NCBI GenBank assembly: GCA_002269645.1
Contig: NIVC01003443.1
Location: 1 to 64,000, forward strand
Length of the DNA stretch: 64,000 bases
Direction: 5' to 3'
Origin: Macrostomum lignano
Lineage: Eukaryota
The notes under the pieces were generated by a model. That model had not been told where the DNA came from and made no database searches. It worked only from the letters and a program-made list of their open reading frames with translations. Made by a program: the position numbers and the translations under genes. Each line of letters begins with the position of its first letter. The first letter of the stretch is position 1. Below are positions 39,265 to 50,798 of the stretch, piece after piece.

Positions 39265-40171
39265 TTATAATGACACGCACCATTTTGTCATTGCTTAACG
39301 CTGAAAATACATTTCGACCATAGACAATTTATTTTCATATTATTTATTGCATAACTAGTGAACTTGAAAACATAAACAAACAATAAACAAAAAACTCCGC
39401 GTGCCTGATTCGTAGAAAAACGAAACCTGCCTTCTGAATCGTTCAAAAGAGGCTTCGGAAAAAAGCAGCCGATTTTCACCCATGTAGGTAAAGACCTCTC
39501 ATCCAGAGCAGTCAGTTGACAATGCTCTCCGTAGATGCGCGCCTGCTTCGTTCTGTCGTCTTTGCACTTGGCTGGGTCACTCGATTGGTTCTTAGTTGGT
39601 AGTGGTGGTAGTTCACAGTACTCTTGTCCGTCGGAGTCGATACCAGCAACCAATGCTCCCTGTTGTTTCAAATGTTTAAGGTGTTCTTGTCCTCTCTCAC
39701 GTAGAATATAGAGAATGGTGAATACCATGCACCTCGTCCTGTAAGCGTCTCGGCTGTGTTTTATCAAAGTACGCCTTGACTTTTTCCAGATCTGCTTCCT
39801 CGATCGGTAGAAACTGCTTAGTTGTTGACTAAGTAAAATTGATATTTTGTTGCTGTAAATTTTCTTTCCTGTCTATCGCTTTTTGTAACAGATGCTGGAA
39901 TGGCACTTTTCAGTCGCGTCAAGGCCTAAATCTTTGTCTATGGCCCACTGCACCAAGGCCTTTAAGTTTGTCTATGGTCGACTGGGTGTCTAATTTTAGT
40001 AGCATTAAGTAATGACCGATCTTGTAGGCAGAGTTAGGCACAATTTTTGTCATTGCTTAACTCAGATAAAATGATTATAATTGGCTACTAGTATGCTATA
40101 TATACAATGCAATTTTATAGTATGTTATGGCCATTATTTAACTCCGTAACATACTATATAATCTACCATTG
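39263..40171 (-). mobile_element. Uninterrupted copy (J) of the non-autonomous Crypton derivative F
   Basis: ORF 39288-39767 reads LYILRERGQEHLKHLKQQ..DSDGQEYCELPPLPTKNQ. Motif copies at 39318, 39936 and 39970. Confidence 0.85.
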
Positions 40172-40439
40172 TGTATACATTATTCCACAAAACTTACACA
40201 GAATGCTCAGTCAGCGTTTTTTTAGAATAGAACTGAGTAGAAATAGATGCGCGCTCACACTACTTTTTCGATGAAGAGGAATGAGTAGCCATAGGTTTGT
40301 CTATGGGCAAAACCTCGGGGTTTTCGCGAGCGCCTATGAAGCGAAGGCTTAATATGTTGCGAGAGTCTAAAGTTACCTATCTAGATGATATAAAATCTGT
40401 GCTTTGGACTGCGTGGTTTTGAGTTTAAAGAGAGGAAGA

Positions 40440-41520
40440 ATTGCTAAGCAAAATGCAGAGAAGCTAATTGCTTTATGACATCTGCAAAATCACGGACACA
40501 GTGATTGGAATCACGGTCTACGACTGCCTAAACTACGCTTTTGAATGTCCACCTGCAACAGATTCCACAGGTTTCCATCAGAACGTGATCGGTGAGTTGC
40601 AGATTACTAAATGACCAACTTCGTCATTCTCTCTGTAGAAGCCTTCGTACCTTTCGTACTTTTAAATACATTTAGCATCTGCGACGAATTTAATTAACAT
40701 TGCAGGTGTGAAGATTGGGCTCGCCGGATATTCCGAGCTGACCTTATGCGCAAGAAGTTCGAGCACAAATGGGCGAATGCTGTTGTATGCAGTCAGCACT
40801 TCGAGGACCACATGTACATGTGTCCGAAAAATCATCACGAGGCTCACAGTCTACGAGCAAGCCGTAACAAAACAAATACATCGGCCGCCTCCAAAGCAGA
40901 GAACTGATTCTCCAGCATCTCTGCATCAAACTCGCGTAAGTGGCAAAGTGCAAAACGAAAACGAAATTCCTGGTTTTGTCGAGACTGCAAGTGAGCGGCA
41001 TGATAAGCCAAAGGGAAGGAAACCCGTTCCAAGAGCAACTTTGGGGTTCGCCTGCTAAAAAAGCCGGAATAATGAAAAAAACTAAAGCGGCGAGTTTCTA
41101 CGCTGGAGCTTCGCTCCCGCAAGATGAAATCTGCATGGGTGGCTTCCAGTCGCAATTCTGCAAAAATTACTAAATTCTCCGGCTTGAATCATTTGGTACA
41201 GGATTTCATCGAAGATCAAAAGAAAAATGCTAAAAGGATTCGTCCAAGTTGGTCACGGTCTTCACTCCGAATTGCAACAGGTCTACTGCACTTCAGTCCT
41301 AGATGCCATTCGATAAGTCGCAACCATCGGCTCAATGTCCCCAAATTCGTAAAGGAGTTGCGAGTTGAAATTGTCAATGCAGAGACGCGCATTCAGCAGC
41401 GAGCCGCGGGGACTGTACCACCGCAGCCGAGGCTCCGAACCCGGCAACTAGCGAATGCTCTAGCGACCTTCAGAGGGTTGCAGCTACACTTTGCACGACG
41501 CGGTTGTCTAAGTTTCAACT
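40440..41520 (+). mobile_element. THAP-domain P-like transposase 5' fragment
   Basis: WARRIFRADL...VVCSQHFEDH (~40710-40815) and KRIRPSWSRSSLRIATGLLHFSPRC (~41235-41305). No TIR pair found. Confidence 0.65.
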
Positions 41521-42597
41521 GAACTGAACTCGTAATGATATTAACAGTTTAAAGTTTATTGCTAAAATGTCTGCTTCTGTGGTCTGTTATTTGACTTCTT
41601 ACTGTTTGTGTTAGGTCCAGTATGAATGAAAAATAGAAATAAAATTGATTGCGAATGTGAAATACAGAAATGCCGATTGAAATCGTTTCTGGTGGCTTTT
41701 CTGGTAAAATAAATGATTGGTTTTATTGCATTGATTTCTGAGTTGATTTCTGAGTTCGTAATGCTGGTAAGCTAACGAAATGAGGCTGCAAAAAGGCTAT
41801 GGTAGGTAAATACTCGTGCAATATTACTAATACAATACTTTATTTTTCAAGCCATAGACATCTAAATCACACTTGCACTAGTGTAGTTGTCTATGGTCTA
41901 ATGTCCAGATGGTTATGAAATCAGTGTCGGCGAAACGAGAATCGGCGAAATTAGAGGTACCCATCTCAGTGGGCCGTATGAATAAAACGTGAGAAAATCT
42001 TTAAAGATTATCTTTCGAGCCAAGAATTTCTTTAAAGAAATTCTTTTCCGGCAAGAAAATCTGTTGGAGAAAATCTTACGAGTCAAGATATTCTAGAAAA
42101 GACATGAATAAAAGTTTCTCGGCTCGTGAGATTTTCTCGGCGACTGCCACTTGGCTGAAAGTTGTCTAGGGCCCAAACCAAGATGTCGGTGACGTGGAAT
42201 CGACGGCCGTCTCCTCAGGCTTGGGCGCAGCCCATGCTGTGTCTATGGCTAAAACCACGTGAAGACCGAAAATCCGTCCAGAAAAATCCTACTAGAAAGT
42301 GGCAAAATCCATGTGGAGTTTACCTGAACATCAGGTGACAGGAAAGTCACTTTGCTTTGAAATTTTACCCTGAGATTGAGCGTCCTGGCATCGAATGGTT
42401 GCCAATTTTTTACATGTATATCGTGATTACTCTTTGCAGGAGCCCAGAAACAATGCAAAAAAAACTGCGAGCATGTTATAAGACGCTGCGTGAGGGGTAG
42501 AAATGGGAGCTGCCGTGTGTACAAAACTGTGTCCTTGGACTGTTCGCAAGCTGAGCGACGTAAATAGCTTACCAGTGAAGTATGCTACCAGATTTCA

Positions 42598-43266
42598 TTG
42601 AAACCGCGCAATCTTCTCTCGAGAAACATGTCTGCCGCATCGGATGCCGAGTCTGAAAGTCAACAGGAAGCCGAGGAGGAAGCCGACTACATTGTCAACG
42701 TACTCTCTAAGCACCCGGTTCTTTTATCAAAGAGTAGCACGCCCGTCGTGAAGAAGAAGAAGGAGGCGGCCATAGCAGCATTGTGCGCTGAGTTAGAAAT
42801 GCTGACAGGAAAGCTGTTCGAGACCGGCAAAACATCGAAGAAGATCGCCAACATGAAGACGCGTATGAAGGGCAAGGTGGATCGAAATAGGACAGGGAAT
42901 CGTCCCATAAAACTTCTTCCATGGGAATCCAGGTTGGCCCGCATAATGGACGCGGATTCGAATCCAACAATGTCGCAAACTCCAGGGGCAAGTGCGGCTG
43001 GATTCCAAGCAAGTGCAACCGTCGTCTCGCCACAGCCAGCTGATGAGAGACGTTCACCCTCCGTGCAGCCTAAGGAACCAGCGAGGAAGCGTCGCATGTC
43101 TGGCGAGACAGAGGAGACGGAGAAGTTGGGCAACGCCGATTTGCAACGACTGGTGCTGCTGGAGCAGCTGCGCTACGTCAGACTGAAAAGGCGACTGGTG
43201 ATGGAGTCTCAGGCGAGCAGACCTGCTCTTCGCCCTCCGTCGTACGGAAACGGGTACCAGGATTGA
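42598..43266 (+). CDS. PIF/Harbinger Myb/SANT-like DNA-binding protein
   Basis: LSKHPVLLSKSSTPVVKKKKEAA...KKIANMKTRMK pattern; convergent with a Harbinger transposase tail. Confidence 0.8.
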   Translation: MKPRNLLSRNMSAASDAESESQQEAEEEADYIVNVLSKHPVLLSKSSTPVVKKKKEAAIAALCAELEMLTGKLFETGKTSKKIANMKTRMKGKVDRNRTGNRPIKLLPWESRLARIMDADSNPTMSQTPGASAAGFQASATVVSPQPADERRSPSVQPKEPARKRRMSGETEETEKLGNADLQRLVLLEQLRYVRLKRRLVMESQASRPALRPPSYGNGYQD

Positions 43267-43712
43267 CGGCCCTGCAGACGTTAGTAATTGTTGTTAGTAA
43301 TTCAGACCGAAAAAATGCGACGAACAGCATATAGGTACTTGTTGTTTTGTTGATCGCTCTAAGGCTGAAAGTCGCATATATGTACCACTGTACTGTTTCT
43401 TGTTTGTTATTTAGACAGAGAAAATGTGACGAAGAGAAGACATTTGTTTATTCAAATATATATGAAAAAAGCAACTAAGAGGATATGTAACAAAGTTTGG
43501 CAATCTGAGAAAAGTGAATTATGTCAAGTGGAAGATAGTTTTCACGTCTTGTTACTGAAAATAATACCAGAATCGCTCTAATGCGGAATCGGCGAGGCGT
43601 ACATGTAAAGTGGATTACATTTTTGGACTAGTACAACGGTAACATTATGAACAATATGTTTGTAAACACCTGTCACCTTCACATGAGTTCCAATGTCCAA
43701 AGATGCAGTATA

Positions 43713-43930
43713 CTAGACCATAGCAGCGATCTCGTTTCGCCGCTGTTGTCCGCGAAGACGCAGTTGCTGAGCTCCGTCACCAGCGTTGTCATCCTCATTA
43801 GTCAGCTGGTCGTCTGCATCACCGATGTATTGCGGATCGTCTATGTCTTCTTCATTCAGAAACTTGGCGACATTGTGAAGCACGAAGCATGCCAAGATGG
43901 ATATGGCCAAGCATTCTTAAATTGCTGACA
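43713..43930 (-). pseudogene. PIF/Harbinger transposase C-terminal tail, truncated
   Basis: ILACFVLHN, an acidic stretch, then RGQQRRNEIA. Upstream homology is not recognisable beyond the GTCTATGG at 43940. Confidence 0.75.
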
Positions 43931-44039
43931 CTATTCATTGTCTATGGCCAAAATCCTTCATCAATAACGCGACTATGCAGTAAATCCCAAGCCGTGCTGT
44001 AAATTCCAACCACCGTGCTGTAAATTCCCGCACGTATTC

Positions 44040-44480
44040 AACTTAATTAAATTTATTTAAGTCTACCTGAGCTACTGGTCTAATTCTACCTGAGCTAATG
44101 AGCTAATCCTGCCTAAGCTACTGTCTCAGTACCTGAGCTACTGACCCAATTCTACCTGAGCTACTGGTCCAATTCTACCTGAGCTACTGACCCAATTCTA
44201 CCTGAGCTACTGAACCAATTCTACTAGAGCTACTGACCCAATTCTACCTGAGCTAGTGAACCAATTCTACCTGAGCTAGTGAACCAATTCTACCTGAGCA
44301 ACTGACCCAATTCTACCTGAGCTACTGAACCAATTCTGCCTGAGCTACTGAACCAATTCGGCCTGAGCTACTGAACCAATTCTGCCTGAGCTACTGAACC
44401 AATTCTACCTGAGCTACTGAACCAATTCTACCTGAGCTACTGAACCAATTCTACCTAAGCTACTGAACTAATTCTATCGA
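44040..44480. repeat. Minisatellite, 23-bp unit CTACTGAACCAATTCTACCTGAG, roughly 15-18 copies
   Basis: Direct reading. Confidence 0.95.
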
Positions 44481-47400
44481 GGTACCGAAATTTAGGACTG
44501 AAACTTACATGTTCGCAGGCAAAAATATTTTCCATTGCTGTTGTCACTTAATTAAAATGAATTATAAAGCCCTCTTATCCCTCTTATAGTCCATGCGTGC
44601 GGTAAATTCCAATCTATCTATGTCTATGGCTAAAACCAGAAGAATGCTTTGCGCATAAATCAATGAATCTATCACTAGGTTCCTTCGTGCGTAAATAGTC
44701 TATGGCACTCGTGCGCTAACGCGCAATCTAGTCTAAGTCTAGTCTAGTCTAGTCCCACCATTGAGTCTATGGGAAGCACTCCAAGAAGCGGTGATTTTCA
44801 GTTACGCTCGTAGTTTTCAGTAGTTTGTGCGCATATTTATCAGTAGCTGAAACGAGCATTAAATTACCTTTTTATTTAGCTGTGTCAGCGTCAGACTTAG
44901 GATGCCTTTGCATGACCAGTGTAAGGTTACAATCAGCAGAGTGAGTTCAGATAGAAAGAAATCGTCTATACATTTTTTCTGGGTCAGAAGGCTGTTGGAC
45001 AGCGGTGTATTTTTTAAAGAAAACTAAAAGAAGTTAGCTCAAATGAGCGGATCCACCCCTCTACACAGTTCTGCGGCAGAGCCCCTCACCGGGCTGATCC
45101 GTGTCTAGCCTGCTAAAAATTTTAAGCTGCGTCATTTTATTGCGATTCAATATATTTCTTCGTCCATTACCATAGACTATTGGCGATTAGTTTTCAGCAG
45201 TGTAAGCGAACATTTTTTCGTTAGCTGAATGGGGAGTGGCCTATCTAGTGTAAGATCTATGGCCCAATTAGTAAGGCTATTTTAGTCTGTGTGTGAAAGG
45301 ATGGAGAAAAGTTTTTTATCTATTACTTGTAGATCCCAAAAGCAAGGTCAGAATAAGCTGATTTTGCACAGATCACTTCAGCACCGTTCAGGCTTTCATT
45401 GGATTACTTTGTTACCGAATTATCCCAGGAGTAGTTGACTAAACGTGCATTGTAAAAATTGAAACAAAGTTTGGCAAAGTTGAAGCTCGATCTGTCAATA
45501 TTGATTTCAGATTTTGAGTGCCCGGCCATAGAGTGTCAAAATTGAAGAGGAGTTTGTCAACTTCAAAGTTCTCCTTGTTCAAGATCGAGGGTGTAAAGCA
45601 ATCGTATTTTTAGCTTATTTAGCTCTGGAATTCAGAAATAAAGCTAAATAAACTTTGTTTTTATAGCCTAGTCTACAATTATTTAAATTAGCTAGTAGGT
45701 TGACATAATTAGATAAAGCTAGTATATAACATTTCACATATAACAAAAAATAATAGGACTTCACACTTACCCTGTAAGTTCGTAGCTAAATCCAATTAAC
45801 AAGTTAATTCTTAGTTTTCACTTTCAGCCCCCGATCGCGTGTTGTAAGACCGACTTCTGTCTACTCTATTATATAATTTTCTTTTATCAGCTAGCCTCAA
45901 CCCCAGGCCAAAGTGTTGGATGTAAAAACGATTAATCGATAATTCTCCGTCAGCAGGGGGGTCCAAAACTGTCGGAGCAAGCTTATTGGCTGGGAGGAGG
46001 GCGGCTGCCCCCCTTCTTGACATAGACATAAGACTAGTTCGCCAAACTCCCCACGCCTAGGGGCAACGCACTGTTGTACTCGTAAGCAGCTTGTTTATCA
46101 ATTATCAGACTAAATAGGCCATAGACAGCCTGCGTGGGCCGGGTTTAGTTACTCTTAAACCACTTTAAAGCTCACTTTCAGGGAGGTTTTTGACATAGAT
46201 TTTATTTTGCGGGATTTAATCGATCACTTTCCCGGACATATTGCAAGGATTATTGTATGTATCTAAATAAGCGTGCTTCTCTCTTCTCTTCCTTCGTGAC
46301 TCGAGAAATTTCTTATTGAAATTTTGTCTATAATAAGAATGTGGGGCTTCGCCCCCACACCCCCATCCCCAACTTCAACCATAGACATACAAGTATGGCT
46401 CCAGGATTTATCTGAATACATCCCGCAAAATTAAAGTAGTTTAAATAAGATATTCTATGGGTTTGAGGTCGGTATGTGATTAAATCCCGAGAGCCGAATA
46501 TCTTATATGTACAGAACAGCAACGTTTAAATCTGGTGATGTTAGAGATAGGAGAAATGATAGGCGAGGAAATTAATAAAAGTGAAAAAAAGAAGACGAGA
46601 GGGGAGGGGAGGAGAGGAGAGAAAAGAGAAGAAAGAGAAGATGAGAGAGAATAAAGCTGAGAAAAGACACAAACCTTGAGCAGGCCAGATTGTCATTGTA
46701 AAATTTCAAAGGACCCGAGAGCTGGATAAGTCAGTGTGGCCGACTTTAGCCGACTCCTGCAGGGGATGTCAATTTTTCTATGTTAATTTTATTGGCTCTG
46801 CTAAAATAAAAAGTCCAAATTAAGTTAATTAAATTACAAATGTTTGTAAATAGACTGCAGTAATAACCTCAGCTAAATCCGATATTACCTTTATTTAGTA
46901 GATACTGGTAATATTCGACTAGCACCTTGGGAAGCAAGCTCACGCAGACCATTAGTATATTAGTAAACTATTAGTGTACAAGCGAGGCAGAGTGAAACAT
47001 TAGTAGGTTGTTTAGTAGGTACTCGTAAGCCGAGTTGAATTATGGTTAAAAGAAGCTTCAACACACTTTTGTAGCCATTATATTTCACACATGCCCTCGT
47101 ACATATTTTACACTAATGCAAAAGATAAGTAAGGTAGATAGATAATAAACGTGGGAAAGCACAAGCAGTCACGTGATGAAATAATTAAGTTTGAGGAGCA
47201 ATCTGTAGAATACGTGTGAAGTGTAGCTCGTATATACAATTGGCAGTTGTTCATTGAAGAGTGCACCTATTTGCTTATAGTGAGTTATCAGCCTATTATC
47301 AGCCTAGATAGTAAGTCAAGTTTCACATAAGTAGTGATAACGCGCATGAACGTACTAATTCACTGATCAGATACAAGAAAATCAGCACACTGTCGAAAGG

Positions 47401-47844
47401 AAATATTTACAAATATATATTAGATGGGCAATTTTTTAAAAAAATTACACGGGCTTTATGGTTTTCTACAAAACGGATAATTTATTTTTTTGTTATCAAG
47501 GCGCTATAAGGCGCTAATATCATACTATATAATCGTTTTGACTTGAATGATTTTTGTCTTAAAGGAATATTAAGCTACACATCCGGTGAAAAATATAAAC
47601 TAGGCATCTATGAATGCAGTTACTTATTTGATTATCGGAAAATGATCTACCTTTAATAGGCTTGCTTGCTAAAGTAACATTTAACTGCTTCATAAGAATT
47701 GCCATAACCTTGCTTGCATCATAACTTAGTCCGCTTACAAAATCAAAGTAATCCGGCTAATCAAAGTTAACTTTAAATAGTTTAAATAGTTTGAAGCAAG
47801 CAAGAGATTGGGCAGTGTCGCACAGTTCAAGCAAAGCACGTCAA

Positions 47845-48358
47845 TTAAAAATCAGATTTTCGTTTTCCGCCCGAAGCAGGCGAACACTTCACTCCCACAC
47901 GGTTCATTGCGTATCGATAAGGCGAATGCTGCAACAGGTGGAACTCGCGTCCCGGATGCGCCAGCATGTGATGCCGGAACACGTGACGCCTAAGGCCGTA
48001 TAACCGGCCGCACAGGGTGCACTTGTGCCCTGGGATGCTTAGGTGATGACGGACAATGTGACCGCGAATCAGGCCGGCCGAAGTGGCCGTGAGACTGCAG
48101 AGACTGCATCTGTAGGTATCCTCGGCACTTGCACCATCGACTGCCGAGGCGACGACTTTTATTACGTGGTGACTCTCGGGTATTGGAGGTCTGTCTCGGG
48201 TCGGTTTCATCTCGACTGGCTCTCCGTCGCTGTCACATTCTGGCTGTTCGGCAGCTTCAGCGCACGCAGGCGTCGGTGACTTCCCCAGAGTCGAACAGCC
48301 CTGTCGCTGTTTCCGATCAGGCTTAGACGATTCGTCCAATAGGAAACCAGAGCTGCGA
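47845..48358 (-). CDS. C2H2 zinc-finger gene, probable last coding exon
   Basis: YRCSLC..HIVRHH and HKCTLC..HMLAH; acceptor CCTTCAG at 48359-60; phase 2 matches the previous exon. Confidence 0.8.
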
Positions 48359-48499
48359 CTGAAGGTGGGCGGAACAAATGTCAGTAAACTTGATATAATT
48401 TCATCTCCACTGTTTCAGAAATAACCAAATCACTGGGCTTACTACTTTGAGTAGCTTCTTAATACTGAATTCTGGGCTTTAAAAAGCCTATTTTCTAAT

Positions 48500-48720
48500 G
48501 CATCGTCCTATCTGCTACATCATGTTTAATCATGTCTATCTGTTACATCATGTCATTGATAATCATGTCTATCTGCTACATCATGTCTAATCATGTCTAT
48601 CTGTTACATCATGTCTAATCATGTCTATCTGTTACATCATGTCATTGATAATCATGTCTATCTGCTACATCATGTCTAATCATGTCTATCTGTTACATCA
48701 TGTCATTGATAATCATGTGT
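48500..48720. repeat. Tandem repeat CATGTCTATCTG(C/T)TACATCATGT(CTAAT/CATTGATAAT), ~7 copies
   Basis: Direct reading. Confidence 0.9.
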
Positions 48721-48889
48721 CTTGCTGGGATCTTGTCTGCTACAGGGATAACCTATATACATGTAAATCAGTCTATGTCTATGCCAGCTCACGTATACCT
48801 ACGAGTAATAATAATAATAGTTGATTACACCTGCCCTAATGGACAGATGTGCAACCGACAGCTCAGCCGCAGCTATTGCGCGGCGCATC

Positions 48890-49112
48890 TGAAGGCTGCG
48901 TACGGCTGTTCAGTCCAAGGACTGGGGGGTCGCCACACACACCCTCAATTACCCCAGCTAATGCTGTCACCTCGCGGCCATTTTACAGCTGGGTGAGCTG
49001 GAGCAATGCAGAGTTAAATGTCTTGCTCAAGGACACAACTTGTTCCGAGTGAGTCAAGAATCGAACCCCCGACCTTCAACTCGTGAGTCCGACGCTCTCA
49101 CTACTAGGCGAC
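48890..49112 (-). mobile_element. tRNA-derived SINE with a CORE/Meta-like domain
   Basis: Minus strand has a tRNA-like head (B box GGTTCGATTCT), then GTGTCCTTGAGCAAGACATTTAACTCT. Confidence 0.75.
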
Positions 49113-49250
49113 AACCCCACGACTAAAACATACGCTAAAACCTACCGACCCAAGGCTAAAACCTACGAGTAGCAAGAATAGAGCGTGAAGCTAATCTCTT
49201 ATAGGAAGCGCTAAAATCCTCTGTTAACTTAATTCGATGCGTCTTGTCAC

Positions 49251-49582
49251 CTATTATTATTGGCAGTCTGTCTGCCAGTCTTTCTTCGAGTAGCTGAAGT
49301 GGTGCCCTTCCACTTCAGCCTCGCCAGATGTAGCAGCAGTTGATCCGGCAATAATCGGTTGTCGTCTCTACTTAACCTGCTCGCGTGCATGCAAGTCGTC
49401 TTGTAGCGGTCAGGCACCTTGGCATGGACTCCCAGGATGTGCTTGCGAATGTCGCCCATGCCGTGCGGACTGATGGCCGAGCAGCCGGAGCAGCGGAATG
49501 CTCGCCGATTGGAATGCCGCGTCACCGCCACTTTGTAAGTGCTATAGTAGTCCATTTTGGTGCGCAGGACAGCCAGGGTATT
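49251..49582 (-). CDS. C2H2 zinc-finger gene, internal exon
   Basis: TTCCAG acceptor and GTGACA donor; FRCSGC...IRKHILGVH; phases 0 to 2 are consistent. Confidence 0.8.
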
Positions 49583-49856
49583 CTGGAATTCGTAGAATTG
49601 CTAACCATATGCAAAACAGTTGAAGCAAATCTCATTCAACAAAAGCCATTTTTTAATTTCGGCTTTCAAATTGATTTCTCTTAAATTCAAATTTCTGCGA
49701 TAGACAGGTGTAGCCTCGCCAGGCAATCTGGTCGTTGAAGCTACATCTCACTTTGTCAAAGTTAAATCTCACTTTTTCAAAGCCACATCTCAATTGTTCT
49801 AATAAATTGACAAAGCTAAATCTCAGACCTGCTCAAAAGCTACCGGTAAACCTTAC

Positions 49857-50798
49857 CTGGTCACAAATTCCATTCATCAAAGTCTGCAGTGCACTCCAAG
49901 AATACGGCAAATCAATGACTCGCTCAAGCTCGCTCTCAGTCAGAGACATCAGTCTAGACAGTCGCTGCTCCTCAGTGGCCTCTTCGTGCGGCTGAATGGG
50001 CAGCTGCGGAAGCGGCACCACTGATGCCGGAGATGCCGGACTGTACAGCAGCGAAGGAAACTCGGCGCCGCTGTCTTCGCCATCGAAGCTCCTCAAAATG
50101 GCAGCGACTCTGCCAGGCCGTTCAGTTGCCAGCCGGAGCAGCATTTGGTCTGGGTAGAGCCGCCAGTTATTCTCCCTGGAGATTCTGCTGGCCTGACAGC
50201 AGACCGTCAGCAAGTCGTGCCCGATGCGGGCGTGCACGCCCATCACGTGACGCCTAGCGTCGGCCAGAGTGCTCGGTCGGACGGTTGCATTCGGACGTCG
50301 GATGGTGTGGAACACGCGGCCGCACTGGCATTTGTACGCCACCGTCCGTCCGCGGCGCATCTGCCGGACAAGACGGTAGTCGGAGTAGGCTCGCATCTTT
50401 CGCATGAGCTCGGCCCGCTGCTCAGGCTCGCTGCACTGATCTTTGAGCAGCAGAACCAGCGCAGACTCTGAGAATGGCAAGCTGATCTCCTCTTCCTCGT
50501 CGACACCTTCCGCTGCTTCGAAGTGGCTGGCGTTCTGACCGAAGTGCAGCTGGCTGGTTGGCGCGCTGTTGAGCTGCCGAATCTGCTGCTGGCTGCCGAT
50601 GCCGGTTCGAGAAGTTTTGTGCGCTACGCTCGCGTCCGCTCTGCCGCTGCTCGGTCGCTTCTGAGGCTCACGCAATATTTGAGACAGAGCGGAGCAGGCC
50701 GGCTTCGAGTGGCTCCGCAGAACTTTTGGCACCTTAACCGACTCGTCGATAGGAGTCACGACCCGACTGCTGGTCACTTCTTCGTGGATGCGAATGGC
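49857..50798 (-). CDS. C2H2 zinc-finger gene, internal exon (942 bp)
   Basis: ATTCAG acceptor, GTAAGG donor, phase 0-0; YKCQC...ARRHVMGVH. Confidence 0.85.
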
